Counted from the whole stretch's first letter, positions 1-11,414 are shown. The stretch: DNA of 62,672 nucleotides, filler included, from Globobulimina sp. (GCA_003354225.1; 41 parts of 41 records of this genome joined end to end with filler, not necessarily neighbours in it), one strand, 5' to 3'. A program made the numbers and translations. The notes: a model not told the origin generated them from the letters alone.

Positions 1-1394
1 ACTCAGACCTCCGTCCTGGTTTTACAAGTGATTCAAATTCATCTAGCGATTCCTTGGAACATGCGAAATACTAAAACAAACACACACTATACATATGCAT
101 GTTATGATAGATAATACACATACCATACTGTCTGTATCCATCTTCATAAGTTCCCAGTCCGATCTCTCGAAGAAGTAATCAAGATATTCGTAGTACGCCT
201 TCAACATGGTAAGTTTGGCCATACCTAATATCCACACGCCGACCATTGTTGGTGTATTTACTTGGTAACTTTTTTTAACCAAATCGACTTCAAAATGATC
301 TGAGTCGATTTCTTCCAAATCGACAAACAAATTGCTTCTCACCTTTCGTTCTGCTTCAAATAATTCACAGAACGCAGTTGAAGTAAAGTTCTTCTTCCTT
401 TCCAATGTCTTACGTATAATATAAAGTCATATATTACTGTAAATATTAGCACGAAATCAAACAAACTTATCATAAGCCGAATTGCCTGCCAACTTCATCA
501 TCATGGCTTCCGTTTTCTTCGTTTCATCTATCAAGGCCTCAGCTCTCTTACTGGATATCATGTCGACAAATGATTCATATATACGTTTAGGTTTGAACTG
601 AACCACTTCATACACCTTTGTCACCTGAAGAAAATTTGCATATAATGGAAAATGTAAATCAACGCAAATATGCATACTTTAATTCCTTGCTTAAGATACC
701 AACTAACAAGAGGGGAAATAAGAACAATGTTTTTAGCCTGAAGCACACTGACCAAACTGCGGTGACCTTTGGTCATAATACCATTTTCCTCTGCATGTTC
801 TAATGATTCAGCAGACAAATCACGTCGATCCAATGTCATGTTTACAAAGAATGGACACATCTCAGAGAATTTTGTCTTCAATGACTGTGGAACCTAAAAT
901 AATGACAAAAAATTATACATCATCATCATGCCGTACATTGAACTCTTGCCTCTATATCAACACGAAGTAATCCAAACATTCGCCCATGTTCCACATGGTT
1001 AAGTAATTCTTGTTGACTTATTCCGCTCACATTGGACAAGGGCATACTAAACATATCATCCAAAAACGATCTAATGTCAGTCTGCTGTTTGCTGAGCATG
1101 TCCCATTGACATTCAAACATTATTTCTTCTTGCATTCCGATGTCACTGTAAAAATCGGTGGCTTTCTGATCCAGATCTTTTCTGTAGTCAACTTTAGACT
1201 GTTCTCCATTCTGAAACGCGGACATGATTGCAGACTTCCCAGCTCTGCAACCATCATGGTAATGCCATTTGCACCCATGAAAGTTGAAAACCTAATAAGA
1301 AACCACAGTTTATTTATATACTACCTTATCAATGCAAGACAAGTTTGGTTTACCCTTCTTTCTTTCATAAGCAATCCGTCCGGTCGGAATCCGA
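1..1394 (-). mobile_element. Polinton/Maverick(adintovirus)-type protein-primed DNA polymerase B, partial and multi-exon (exons 1394-1354, 1291-950, 893-678, 624-471, 413-124, 70-1)
   Basis: Spliced product reads GFRPDG..VFNFHGCKWH (Vsr-like insert), FGLLRVDIEVPQSLKTKFSEMCPFF, KLAGNSAYGKTLE (motif B), PTMVGVWILGMAKLTMLKAYY, MDTDSMYFA (motif C); introns of 53-62 nt restore the frame. Confidence 0.88.
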
Positions 1395-1433
1395 CTGTAA
1401 AGGTAGATTTATAATTTTTGCGGTTTCAATTCG

Positions 1434-1533
1434 NNNNNNNNNNNNNNNNNNNNNNNNNNNNNNNNNNNNNNNNNNNNTTAATTAATTAANNNNNNNNNNN
1501 NNNNNNNNNNNNNNNNNNNNNNNNNNNNNNNNN
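1434..1533. other. Artificial contig spacer N44-TTAATTAATTAA-N44, repeated about every 1.53 kb (40 copies, delimiting 41 contigs)
   Basis: Identical N-flanked 12-mer with stops in all six frames; contig lengths fall monotonically from 1433 to 1430 bp. Confidence 0.99.
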
Positions 1534-1545
1534 ACAAAAAAAATA

Positions 1546-1800
1546 ATGGACCAACTTATAGAGATCGAACATACTTTTGGCGAACGTGTGATTATTTATG
1601 AAGGAGCTCAAATACATGAAAGCGTTAAAATCGGACCATTTTCAGTAATTTGGCCAAACGTTATTATTGAGGAGAATGTGCGTATAGCTTCTTCATGTAT
1701 CATTGGGAAACCACCGAGTGTTGGAAAGAATCAAATGGCCTTAAAAGTATCAAGAGTGATAACAACTATAGAGAATAGTGTTATTATTGGCGACTGGCTT
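1546..1800 (+). CDS. Bacterial-type hexapeptide-repeat (left-handed beta-helix) acyl/acetyltransferase, N-terminal fragment
   Basis: [LIV]-G/x-x-x-x-[IV] repeats (FGERVIIYEGAQIHESVKIGPFSVIWPNVIIEENVRIASSCIIGK); breaks off into unrelated AT-rich sequence near 1800. Confidence 0.75.
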
Positions 1801-1809
1801 GACTCTCTT

Positions 1810-2966
1810 TGAATACTATGTCCATACATATGGATTACATTATGCTCCCATACCAATTTTCATAAAAATAAAAAAAACAAAGGACAAAACAATTGCATAT
1901 TATCGTTGGTATCCGCATTCATGCCAATATATATTTTGTAAGAATAAATCCAAATCATTTGTGGTAAGTTACCATGATAACAATGTTAATATTAATGTGC
2001 ATCATATGCATTGGTCAAATAATATAAACCACTCGTTCTATCATCTTACAATGAATAACAAAACAACTATTTTAGCACAATTAATGAATGTGATGTTTAT
2101 TAATCAATCTGTGCTTCAATTTATATTGGCAGTGAAGTTGGGTCAACGCGATTATGTGAAAGCGTCCTTGCAACATTGCTCTGTTACCACAGATTCACAA
2201 TATAATGAATATATAAATAGCGGTCAAATTACTTGTGCTGGCAACGTAAATGCAAATGAACCATGGTTTTTATATCTATTACAATGTAAATGCATACTAT
2301 TGAGTGGAGCTGGTATGATTGCAATTGATTATCAACAAATGTTTCATTTATATTCAAATTTGACACACAATCAAGAAATGCTGGCAAACATTTATAAATC
2401 TAAAAACAATGCATATTTATCGTTATGTTGCGAGACAATAATCCATGATCATAAAGATGGCAATGGTCCACCTCCAAACATATTATTTTATACATATTTT
2501 GAATATTATATCAATCAAATGGTGGATAATATATTTATATATGATTTACATACAAATTTATCAAATCTGACGCAGCAACAATTCATTTCAAATGTAATTA
2601 TTTACGAGAAAAATATCACAAATAAAGATATCAATATTTTATATTTGATATGACTTCATTTTATTCACTTATTGGACATAAACAGAGTGATTTAATTTAT
2701 AATCAATATCAAATATTAGTCATAAATGATTGTCATTTAAGAAACAAATTAGTATCAAATTGGACGCTGTTTAATGATTTAGATGAATATGTTGCTGTCA
2801 ATCATAAGAAATATAAAAATATAAAATCATATTTAATGCAACATGATAATATAAACTCAATTGCAAATATTACTGAAATTGGATTGCGAGATTGTGCTGT
2901 TAAACATCAACAATGTTCAAAATATGATTATCTTTGTACTCTCATTCAATATAACGATGAAATTGG
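1810..2966 (+). CDS. Hypothetical AT-rich eukaryote-like protein, partial, with an apparent frameshift near 2640
   Basis: Two long overlapping ORFs (1778-2653 and 2650-edge); no recognisable motif. Confidence 0.4.
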
Positions 2967-3066
2967 NNNNNNNNNNNNNNNNNNNNNNNNNNNNNNNNNN
3001 NNNNNNNNNNTTAATTAATTAANNNNNNNNNNNNNNNNNNNNNNNNNNNNNNNNNNNNNNNNNNNN

Positions 3067-4498
3067 TAACATGGTATATATAAAAAATACAGATTTCGGC
3101 TTCGTTAAATCGGTGGGTTGCATCGATGCAATTTCGCTCATCATCGACATAGTCGAACAGAACTCAAGTAATGGCCATTGCACACATGGCATTCTATTAG
3201 ATTTTGATTCGTGTTTTGACACATTTAATCATGAAAACGTCCTATTTGAACTAAAAAACGACTTTAATTTCACAGGCAATATATATGATTATTATTTAGC
3301 AGCTCTCAGTAACCGATGGATTCGAGTCGTTGCCAACGGCTATAAAACCGATTGGGAGCAAGAAAAAATAGGATTAGGGCAAGGATGGTCCCCATCGAGC
3401 GTCCTATGCTTATTGGGAGAACAACTGATGGATATAATCAATGCCCTTCGTCTCAGACTAACACTCCTTACGTTCGCCGACGACAACAACCTTTTAACAA
3501 ATGGAGAAATAACTGATTTAAAGATATTGACAGAAAATATTAATTACGCATTGCGAATCATTACGTATATTATTCGTGAAAAGCAACTTTTAATGTCCGT
3601 ACCCAAACAACAGTACATTGTATGGAATAAATTGAAAAAAATCCCTACAAATTACAATCATACAGAGAAATATTTAGATATCAATATGATGGCAGATCTG
3701 TCTAACAAATTTGAACCGGTTACACGCGAATATGTCGCAGTTAAATATTTAGGAGCTTTGCTTGATGTCCACCTCACGTTTGAGATATGGATGAAGCGAA
3801 TCTATCATAAATCAAAGAACTCAGTCTTAAAAATTATGTCAAATTTCGGAAACTCTGTCGTAATCAAAGCTTTCTGGATCCAACAATTGTTCAAATCCCT
3901 CATTATACCAAAAATGTATGGAATTGAATTATGGGGGTCCTCTACGCTGCAAATCCGATCAAAAATTAAAGCGCTGTATAATGACATGATTAGGTTTAGT
4001 AATGGCGACAGTGATAATTCATCGCCGCTTCACATCCTTGAAATGCAAATTAAATGGCATAACTTTGAAGATTATATTGCTTATCGCCAAGCAAATTTAT
4101 GGTCGAAGTTTATCCGATCACCAAATACCAATGTCCTCTCAACATATATTGAAGAGAAGTATTGGCCGGATTGGATTAAGCAACGTACAGACGATAAAAC
4201 AAATTATAGTATCAAAACAAAAAGATCAACTGAAGAAAATGAGGTAAAATGCGAAGGAATCTCAATCACCGACATTGAAATCATTGGATCAATAAAACGA
4301 AACAATTTAGAAGGCACGGCATTGGATTTTATTGGCAATACAATCAAAGACGAATCATATAAATCAATCAAAATAAAAAACACGAAACCAAAGAACTATC
4401 CCATGAAACGAGGCCTATTTAATACAATATTTAATTCGGCGGTGTCTCTTCAATCAACAGACTATAAATTTATGAAAAATATTGAATTTTGCGAGATT
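3067..4498 (+). mobile_element. Non-LTR (LINE-like) retrotransposon ORF2 reverse transcriptase, partial and divergent
   Basis: LLDFDSCFDTFNH, GLGQGWSPSS, FADD, KYLGALLD motifs in a frame open across the contig. Confidence 0.85.
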
Positions 4499-4866
4499 NN
4501 NNNNNNNNNNNNNNNNNNNNNNNNNNNNNNNNNNNNNNNNNNTTAATTAATTAANNNNNNNNNNNNNNNNNNNNNNNNNNNNNNNNNNNNNNNNNNNNAT
4601 GTACTCATGTACTTATTATTATATAGTTAAAGTAGTACTTCTTATGTACTAGCTCTTTTACTATTTGTTTTCTGCCAAACCTTTAATGAAACATAAACAC
4701 ATAACACAACAATGGCAGTGAATATTAATAGTTTGCAGTCATAACTCAATCCAAAACCAGAATAAAATATAATTGCTAGAACCACCTGACATCTGACATA
4801 ATCCTTTGGCACAATAGTGACATCTGATCGGTCCACCAGAATAAAATAGTGACATCTGACGCTTAA

Positions 4867-6030
4867 TTGAGCGTTACTTATTTTTGCACGATGCCATCTT
4901 TTCCGACGTCTACATACTATCATTACTATCCATTGGGCACTACAGATATGAAGACAAACCATGCAATATTCTGTATCCTAAAAACACTTTGTTTGGAAAG
5001 TTTCCTCATCGGCATTTTATGGATGATTGGCAATTACGGATTGAATGTGTTGTTTATTGGTAATTGGGATATTTATGATAAATATTACATTTATTTGTTA
5101 GGCCAATTATATTGCTTTCTCATCCCATATACCATCTTTTTATATATTTTATTAACAATGTTATTTGAATCATTATCATTGCATCGATATTGCAAACATT
5201 ACATCCTAACAACGTGTATTTGGAATTTATTAATAATCTTTGCCATAAATGCCATAATCGGTGCCACCGCACACAATAAAAATAATAATGAATCAATATT
5301 TAAATCCTATATATTTGGTGGTTTATCCATCTATGTCTTATTCATGTTATCCACTTTCTCATTGTATACAATCCAAATCCATTCCAAATCCTATGTTTCC
5401 ATTATATTGCAATGCCTATTTTGCTGTAAATATCGATATTGGAAATTACTCTGCAACAAACAATACAAAATGCAACAAACAAAAACCAAATCAAGTGAAA
5501 TTGGAACGAGATTGCTATCTTCCTCTGAGATAATGAGTGAGTTTAATGTTGAAAATGAAACGGAATTACAAACCAAATACTTGGCCGATGAAGAAAGTAC
5601 GGCTTTGTTGCTGCGTTCTAAACAAATCAATAAAAAACCAAATTGTTGTGTAAGGTACCTTGTTTTTTCTCGTTTAAATACGTCGGATTTGTAGCATAGA
5701 AACGTGTTTTTTTGTAGAATATATAGCAAATATTCGTACTGTTATTATAATCTGTATTCGTCGCATAAATTGTTATTACTTTTGGTTGTGTTGAATATTT
5801 CGTACGCGTTTTTATTTTGTTTTATTATTTTAACATTGATGGATGTCGAAGGAACTGGACACTTTTTAGCAGGGAATCAGTATGAAAGAGTTATGATTAT
5901 TTGGTTAACTGTTTGTTATTTAATTAAATTATGGATGAAATATATTGGGAAACATATTGATATTATTCGCTTAGATATAAAATTAAAATATTGCACAGAC
6001 TGCAATGTAAAACGGCAGATTTATAATTTA
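4867..6030 (+). CDS. Multi-pass membrane protein, partial; 63-nt intron 5655-5717
   Basis: Several hydrophobic helices; a GTACCT...TTGTAG intron removes the TAG and joins the two same-frame ORFs. Confidence 0.6.
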
Positions 6031-6130
6031 NNNNNNNNNNNNNNNNNNNNNNNNNNNNNNNNNNNNNNNNNNNNTTAATTAATTAANNNNNNNNNNNNNN
6101 NNNNNNNNNNNNNNNNNNNNNNNNNNNNNN

Positions 6131-7471
6131 CGATACAGTCAAACTGGTAGATCAGTAATGTACGAAGAATTTTTACAAATGTGTGAAACAGATCCTGATG
6201 CAGAACTCGAGGATCGATACATGAGATCTGAAGAATATGATAAATGTTTGATGGAGTACAGTCGTCGCCGTGGCTTCCCTTATCCAAAATGGCGTCAAAA
6301 ATATTTGACATGGATTAACGATGATTGGAACGAAAATTGGGAGGATGACACACCCCGTGGCTCACTATTTGACAAGGGTTTCAAAGTTGAACGGATCGAA
6401 CCAGTGGAAAGTTACATTGACGACATATCAGATGAAATTACCCCCATATGCAGAAGTATGCAGCAACTATTAGCGGAAGAGATAAATATAAAGGAAGTTG
6501 TGAAGACACCATTGTCCAAAGATGTCAGCTCATTTCGAATCCCAGCTTTGTATGTCTGTGAATCTGATTGCTATACAACCAAGACGGAGGATTTACTGGG
6601 GAACCATACTTTACGTCGACAACCAGTAGACGCCGCATCAATTAGGCAAGATGAGAGGAATGCAAGAATGCTAATTGTGGGACCAATGGAAACACCAATT
6701 ATTATGTTGAGTGACCTTCAGGAAGAACAAATGTGTCAAATTGCAGCTTTAATCGACAGCGGTTCAGTATTATGTATGGCCCAGGAGTCAGTTTATTTAC
6801 GGACCGGAGCCAGACTGAAGGATTTAAAGAGATGCAAACATGACCACTTTGTTGGATTTGGTGGATATTTCCGAATTATTGGATCGGCAAGAATGCAATT
6901 TACAATGAATGGAGCGAAATTCGAACAAAGTTTCCATATTATCAAAGACGATCCACAGCTCCCTCTTGTAATTTTGGGACTGGACTGGCTACAATATCAC
7001 CAAGCCCATATCGACTTCTGTAACAGCACTGTCTGTCTTCGGGGAATGGAAGTTGGTGTTGGTCAGGGTGACGTCGAATGTAGATTGGGAAAACCCTGGT
7101 TTCCAGCAGAATCAAATGGTTTAAATAACTCCAACGGTTCAAATCAACATTTATTTCCAATACGGACGGAAAGCAAAATTTACGAGAATCCATCGGAAAA
7201 TGAATTGGACGAAATGGTGGACACTTTGTATTCAGCCACACTGCCAGTACAACAATATTGGGACAAAGTATGTACGGCAACTAAAAATGTCATATATGAA
7301 CATTTGGGAAATTGGATGACAATACTTCACGAAGATTGTGATAGACGTAACCGACAATGTGAAATTGAGGATGAAGGTGGGGGACAATATGAACTGACTC
7401 AATATGATCAGCAATCATGGAACAATAATAACTTCTGGAGTAACTCAGGACACCCAATTGCATGTTATTGA
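6131..7471 (+). CDS. Retropepsin-like aspartic protease protein (Ty3/Gypsy-like or domesticated), 5' partial
   Basis: ALIDSGS catalytic motif and ILGLDWL..H.AHIDF; frame open from the contig edge; stop at 7471 with no RT following. Confidence 0.75.
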   Translation, partial: RYSQTGRSVMYEEFLQMCETDPDAELEDRYMRSEEYDKCLMEYSRRRGFPYPKWRQKYLTWINDDWNENWEDDTPRGSLFDKGFKVERIEPVESYIDDISDEITPICRSMQQLLAEEINIKEVVKTPLSKDVSSFRIPALYVCESDCYTTKTEDLLGNHTLRRQPVDAASIRQDERNARMLIVGPMETPIIMLSDLQEEQMCQIAALIDSGSVLCMAQESVYLRTGARLKDLKRCKHDHFVGFGGYFRIIGSARMQFTMNGAKFEQSFHIIKDDPQLPLVILGLDWLQYHQAHIDFCNSTVCLRGMEVGVGQGDVECRLGKPWFPAESNGLNNSNGSNQHLFPIRTESKIYENPSENELDEMVDTLYSATLPVQQYWDKVCTATKNVIYEHLGNWMTILHEDCDRRNRQCEIEDEGGGQYELTQYDQQSWNNNNFWSNSGHPIACY

Positions 7472-7663
7472 CCAAGACCGTCGGAGTGATGATGATTTTT
7501 AAAAGTAATTTTGTGAAATGTTTGTAATGATATTTTAGTATTTGCATTCATATTAAATATTGNNNNNNNNNNNNNNNNNNNNNNNNNNNNNNNNNNNNNN
7601 NNNNNNTTAATTAATTAANNNNNNNNNNNNNNNNNNNNNNNNNNNNNNNNNNNNNNNNNNNNT

Positions 7664-8932
7664 TTTTCAGAAACTAAAGAATGTGCAGACAGTAAAAAGG
7701 AAGCATTTCATTTATATCATGGATCGATTAAATTAAATTCGCCGACTTCATTCTCGCTGGACACTACAAATTCCAGTGGTCAAACTGGAAGAGAGGGTTA
7801 TGATGACGATGGTGGTTATCGTTATTATCTGTTTACTGGCGTTGTTTATGGTAATTATGCGATAAATATGAATGACCGCAGTTTACAGAATAAAATATTG
7901 CGCTGGAAATTTCAGATTAATCATGGTTGTGGAGGTGTCATGATAGGGATTGATGGATCTGGTCGACGCCATGATTGGTATAGTTATCGCCATTCATATC
8001 AATCGTTTCATTTTTATGTATGTGGAGGGAGGTCAAAAATGTGTAAAAAGAAGAAATGGAATGGTGCCGAATACAGCAGCTATGGCCAGCAGTCATGGGC
8101 TTCGAAATGTATTGTTACAATGGAGTTAAACACTAAATATAGTGAATTGGTGTATTATTTGAAGAATGACGTTAAAGTTAAACTTCCAAAACATGTGGCG
8201 TTGAATGAACAAATTGAAGTACCTGTTACTAAGTGTTTGGGCGTTGCATTTAGTAATATTGAGAATGTCGAGTATAATGTTGTGGTATATTGTAGTATGT
8301 CGGTGAGAATTAAAAAATACCCACTACCGCCAGTGAAATTGATGTGTTTTGAGGTAAAGGATTTGAATGAAATTGAAGAAAAAAAAGGTTTGATTGAAAT
8401 TGAAGAAAAAAAGGATATCGATGTTATCAAAATCAATGATATGATGATTAAGTATAAAGAGATGAAGATATTAAATCAAAACTTAAGAGAACAAAATGTG
8501 TGGTTAAATAATCGATATACAGATTGTGAAAAGAAGTTATGGGAAAATAAAAACGAAATTTTCAAATTAAAGTCTGAATTGAAAGCATTGCAAATAAAAC
8601 ATGGCAAATTAAAGAGAGTCAGAAATCTGAATATTGGACATGCTGATTTTGAGGAATGGAGTTCTGACAATGTTTTGGATTGGATTTTGTCGTTGAAAAA
8701 TGGTGAATTTATGATATATGAAGATTCATTGAGAAAAGCTATTAAAAAAGAAGGAATTGAAGGAATTGATTTAGTGAATTTGGATAAAAATGATTTGGAT
8801 CGTTTGGGAATTAATAATTTTCGGTTAAAGAAGTATTTATTACAACAAATTCAAATATTGGCTGTTCAAAATCAAAATCATCAAAATCATCAAAACAATG
8901 ATGAAGGGGTTGGTAATACAGAGTATGTATAA
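7664..8932 (+). CDS. SPRY/B30.2-like + coiled-coil + C-terminal SAM domain protein, 5' partial
   Basis: GGVMIGI...IVTMELN...LGVAFSNI (SPRY-like); EWSSDNVLDWI...GIEGIDLVNLDKNDLDRLGI (SAM). Confidence 0.7.
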   Translation, partial: FSETKECADSKKEAFHLYHGSIKLNSPTSFSLDTTNSSGQTGREGYDDDGGYRYYLFTGVVYGNYAINMNDRSLQNKILRWKFQINHGCGGVMIGIDGSGRRHDWYSYRHSYQSFHFYVCGGRSKMCKKKKWNGAEYSSYGQQSWASKCIVTMELNTKYSELVYYLKNDVKVKLPKHVALNEQIEVPVTKCLGVAFSNIENVEYNVVVYCSMSVRIKKYPLPPVKLMCFEVKDLNEIEEKKGLIEIEEKKDIDVIKINDMMIKYKEMKILNQNLREQNVWLNNRYTDCEKKLWENKNEIFKLKSELKALQIKHGKLKRVRNLNIGHADFEEWSSDNVLDWILSLKNGEFMIYEDSLRKAIKKEGIEGIDLVNLDKNDLDRLGINNFRLKKYLLQQIQILAVQNQNHQNHQNNDEGVGNTEYV

Positions 8933-9194
8933 TAGTGTAAAATCCAGTCGATGCGATTTTGTGTTTGCGTATCTCGAACTGCAGAGTCAATTTTTTTAAT
9001 TTCCAATTGTGTACCGAGCTCGGTGCCAGGCTCCACAACAATCGCAAGTGGGTAAAATTCGATCAAAATTCTTAATTCCAATTTCCAACGAGAGNNNNNN
9101 NNNNNNNNNNNNNNNNNNNNNNNNNNNNNNNNNNNNNNTTAATTAATTAANNNNNNNNNNNNNNNNNNNNNNNNNNNNNNNNNNNNNNNNNNNN

Positions 9195-9722
9195 ACTTCA
9201 GCGATAAATATATTCAATTCAATAAAAAATGAGCAAAAAGATATTGTGATTGTTAATGCGATGATAGGCGCATATGGTCAGAATCAATGTATTCATAAAG
9301 GATATGACTTGTTTAAAGAGACTCAATTAACAGCAAATAAGGCAACTTTTATAACATTATTTTCGGGCTTAAGTCATTCTCAATTGTTTGATGTGAAGAA
9401 AGCAATAAATATTTGGGAGAATGAGATAATTGATATTTGGATAAAATATGACTTATTAGTGATGACAGCGTTAATCGATGGATTGTCGCGAAAGGGATAT
9501 GTTTATGTGGCGTATGAATATATTTTAAAGTATAATAAATATTACAAAATTATTAATCATAGAAACTTTGACGAGGTGATGTATACGTCATTGTTAAGTG
9601 GGTGTAGAACAAAGAAAAATAAACATTTAACGCAATATATTTACAATCAAATTAAAGCTATAAATATGAACGAAAATAGAAGAGTTTCTATTGAGAGATT
9701 GAGATCGAATGCAATTAACTGA
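9195..9722 (+). CDS. Pentatricopeptide repeat (PPR) protein, C-terminal part
   Basis: VNAMIGAYGQN, TFITLFSGLSHS, MTALIDGLSRKG, MYTSLLSGC repeats. Confidence 0.8.
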   Translation, partial: TSAINIFNSIKNEQKDIVIVNAMIGAYGQNQCIHKGYDLFKETQLTANKATFITLFSGLSHSQLFDVKKAINIWENEIIDIWIKYDLLVMTALIDGLSRKGYVYVAYEYILKYNKYYKIINHRNFDEVMYTSLLSGCRTKKNKHLTQYIYNQIKAINMNENRRVSIERLRSNAIN

Positions 9723-9787
9723 CAGATTTCTCTTAAATAATATACGCACAGTCACACACCGCATTGGTCCGTAACTCTCCAAACGAT

Positions 9788-10626
9788 TCAAAAACTGCCG
9801 GATTCGCAGCATACAATAACAGCGAAAACAAACCAACATACATTCAAACAGAGTGCCCAAGTCGGAGTTGTTGTTGCTTTCAGTATTTTATTCTTGCCAT
9901 ACTTTTCAACACCAAATAAAATGATCACTATCAACAATAATCTGGCATCAATATCAAATGCATACAAAATAATATGTGCAAGAATCACAATAAGTTGTTT
10001 GAGCGCAGCTAAATCTTTGCAAAAATAGAGTTCGGCACAAATATATTTCCGAAAGAATTGATGCATTGATACATTCCATCGGTTATAAAACGTTTCAATT
10101 GAAAGTACATTCAAAATAGAGATTGGTTGTTTGCACCAAAGCCAGTTATCCGGATTTATTATTCCTACATCACAGTGATTTGTACATCCACTGACAAAGC
10201 AACATAACTCCGTAATACTCCACAAACTCCACATTTTCAAAAGCATCAAACAAAAGCACCAATAACTGGATGGACCACAAAATGGCAATGCATTAACACA
10301 CAAATAATAAAGTGACAAAGTTGCGGTACATTGATAGATTTTGGGTGCTAACAATGGCCAAGAAATTATGGCAAACGTATTCTTGGAATGTTGATATAAA
10401 TATCGATGATGAATATAGAATGGATAAAATAAATGCGTTCCTAAACCAATAAAATTAAAAATATAGCTCATATAATCAATGAAAGCAAATATTTCCTTCC
10501 CGTTAAATTTGTACGCTGTCATATAGTCATTATTTTCGATCACTGTCAAATTTGCTGAATTTAATCGATCCATTCCCCATGAAATACAACGAAGGCAGCA
10601 AATGATTTGAATAGAATACATTGGCG
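9788..10626 (-). CDS. MBOAT-family membrane-bound O-acyltransferase-like protein, 5' partial
   Basis: FIDYMSYIFNF and FYNRWNVSMHQFFRKYI signatures; multiple TM helices; convergent with the PPR gene. Confidence 0.7.
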
Positions 10627-10838
10627 NNNNNNNNNNNNNNNNNNNNNNNNNNNNNNNNNNNNNNNNNNNNTTAATTAATTAANNNNNNNNNNNNNNNNNN
10701 NNNNNNNNNNNNNNNNNNNNNNNNNNGGTAGAATAGGTCAATATACCACATTACCCTCTCTTTTAGGAAAGTCTGAAGTCTTTATTTAAAGTCTTTGACT
10801 TTTCTTAGATTTTCATCAAAAACAAAAACTTCTCTCTT

Positions 10839-11414
10839 TCATCTTTGCCTCGTCCTCGGCAACCATGGGTTCCTTACTTGGGCCCAGTTCATCCATTGTT
10901 TGATTGGTACCCAATCAATGGTTGAATAAGTCATCATAATGGCCTCGATGGCCAATTCAATCAAATTCATACAATGGCGCATTTTCTGGCATTGCACGTA
11001 AATATTCATTGTACGCAAATATCTAATTTCGGGTATTGAACGCAAATATTTTCGATGTCGTTGAAGATTAAAACCAAACTGTGATCGATGCCAATTGTGT
11101 CTATATACGGGCGCAATGTGGCCATTCATTCCGTTGGCTTTGTACATTTATGATGCATTCGCTGTAGTGCATCTTTGTGTGCCCACTGATACCGTTCATC
11201 GGTCACTCGCTGCGCATGCACGTTTTGAGGCATTCGCTTTGCGGATTAAATTCGTATCATTGTCCATCGGGTGATATGGTTCATTGTTGTTTATCACATT
11301 GGTATTGGTCGCGGTAAGCGCCTGCTGCAAAGGCTATATTGTAATCCCTTCAGCTACTTCAGATACGGTATGCTGTCGTGATATCTTTGATAGTATCCAC
11401 AATCCCATGCACAT
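10839..11414 (-). pseudogene. Possible degraded ORF (about 190 codons) with three internal stops
   Basis: One frame from ATG 11414 to TGA 10839, interrupted only by TAG 11336-11334, TGA 11198-11196 and TAA 11150-11148. Confidence 0.3.

Noticed and set aside
5655-5717. In-frame TAG between ORFs 4867 and 5704 as read-through
   Set aside because: Explained by a canonical 63-nt GT-AG intron
9011-9027. GTACCGAGCTCG resembling a pUC polylinker
   Set aside because: The match is only 12 nt and the flanks are not vector-like
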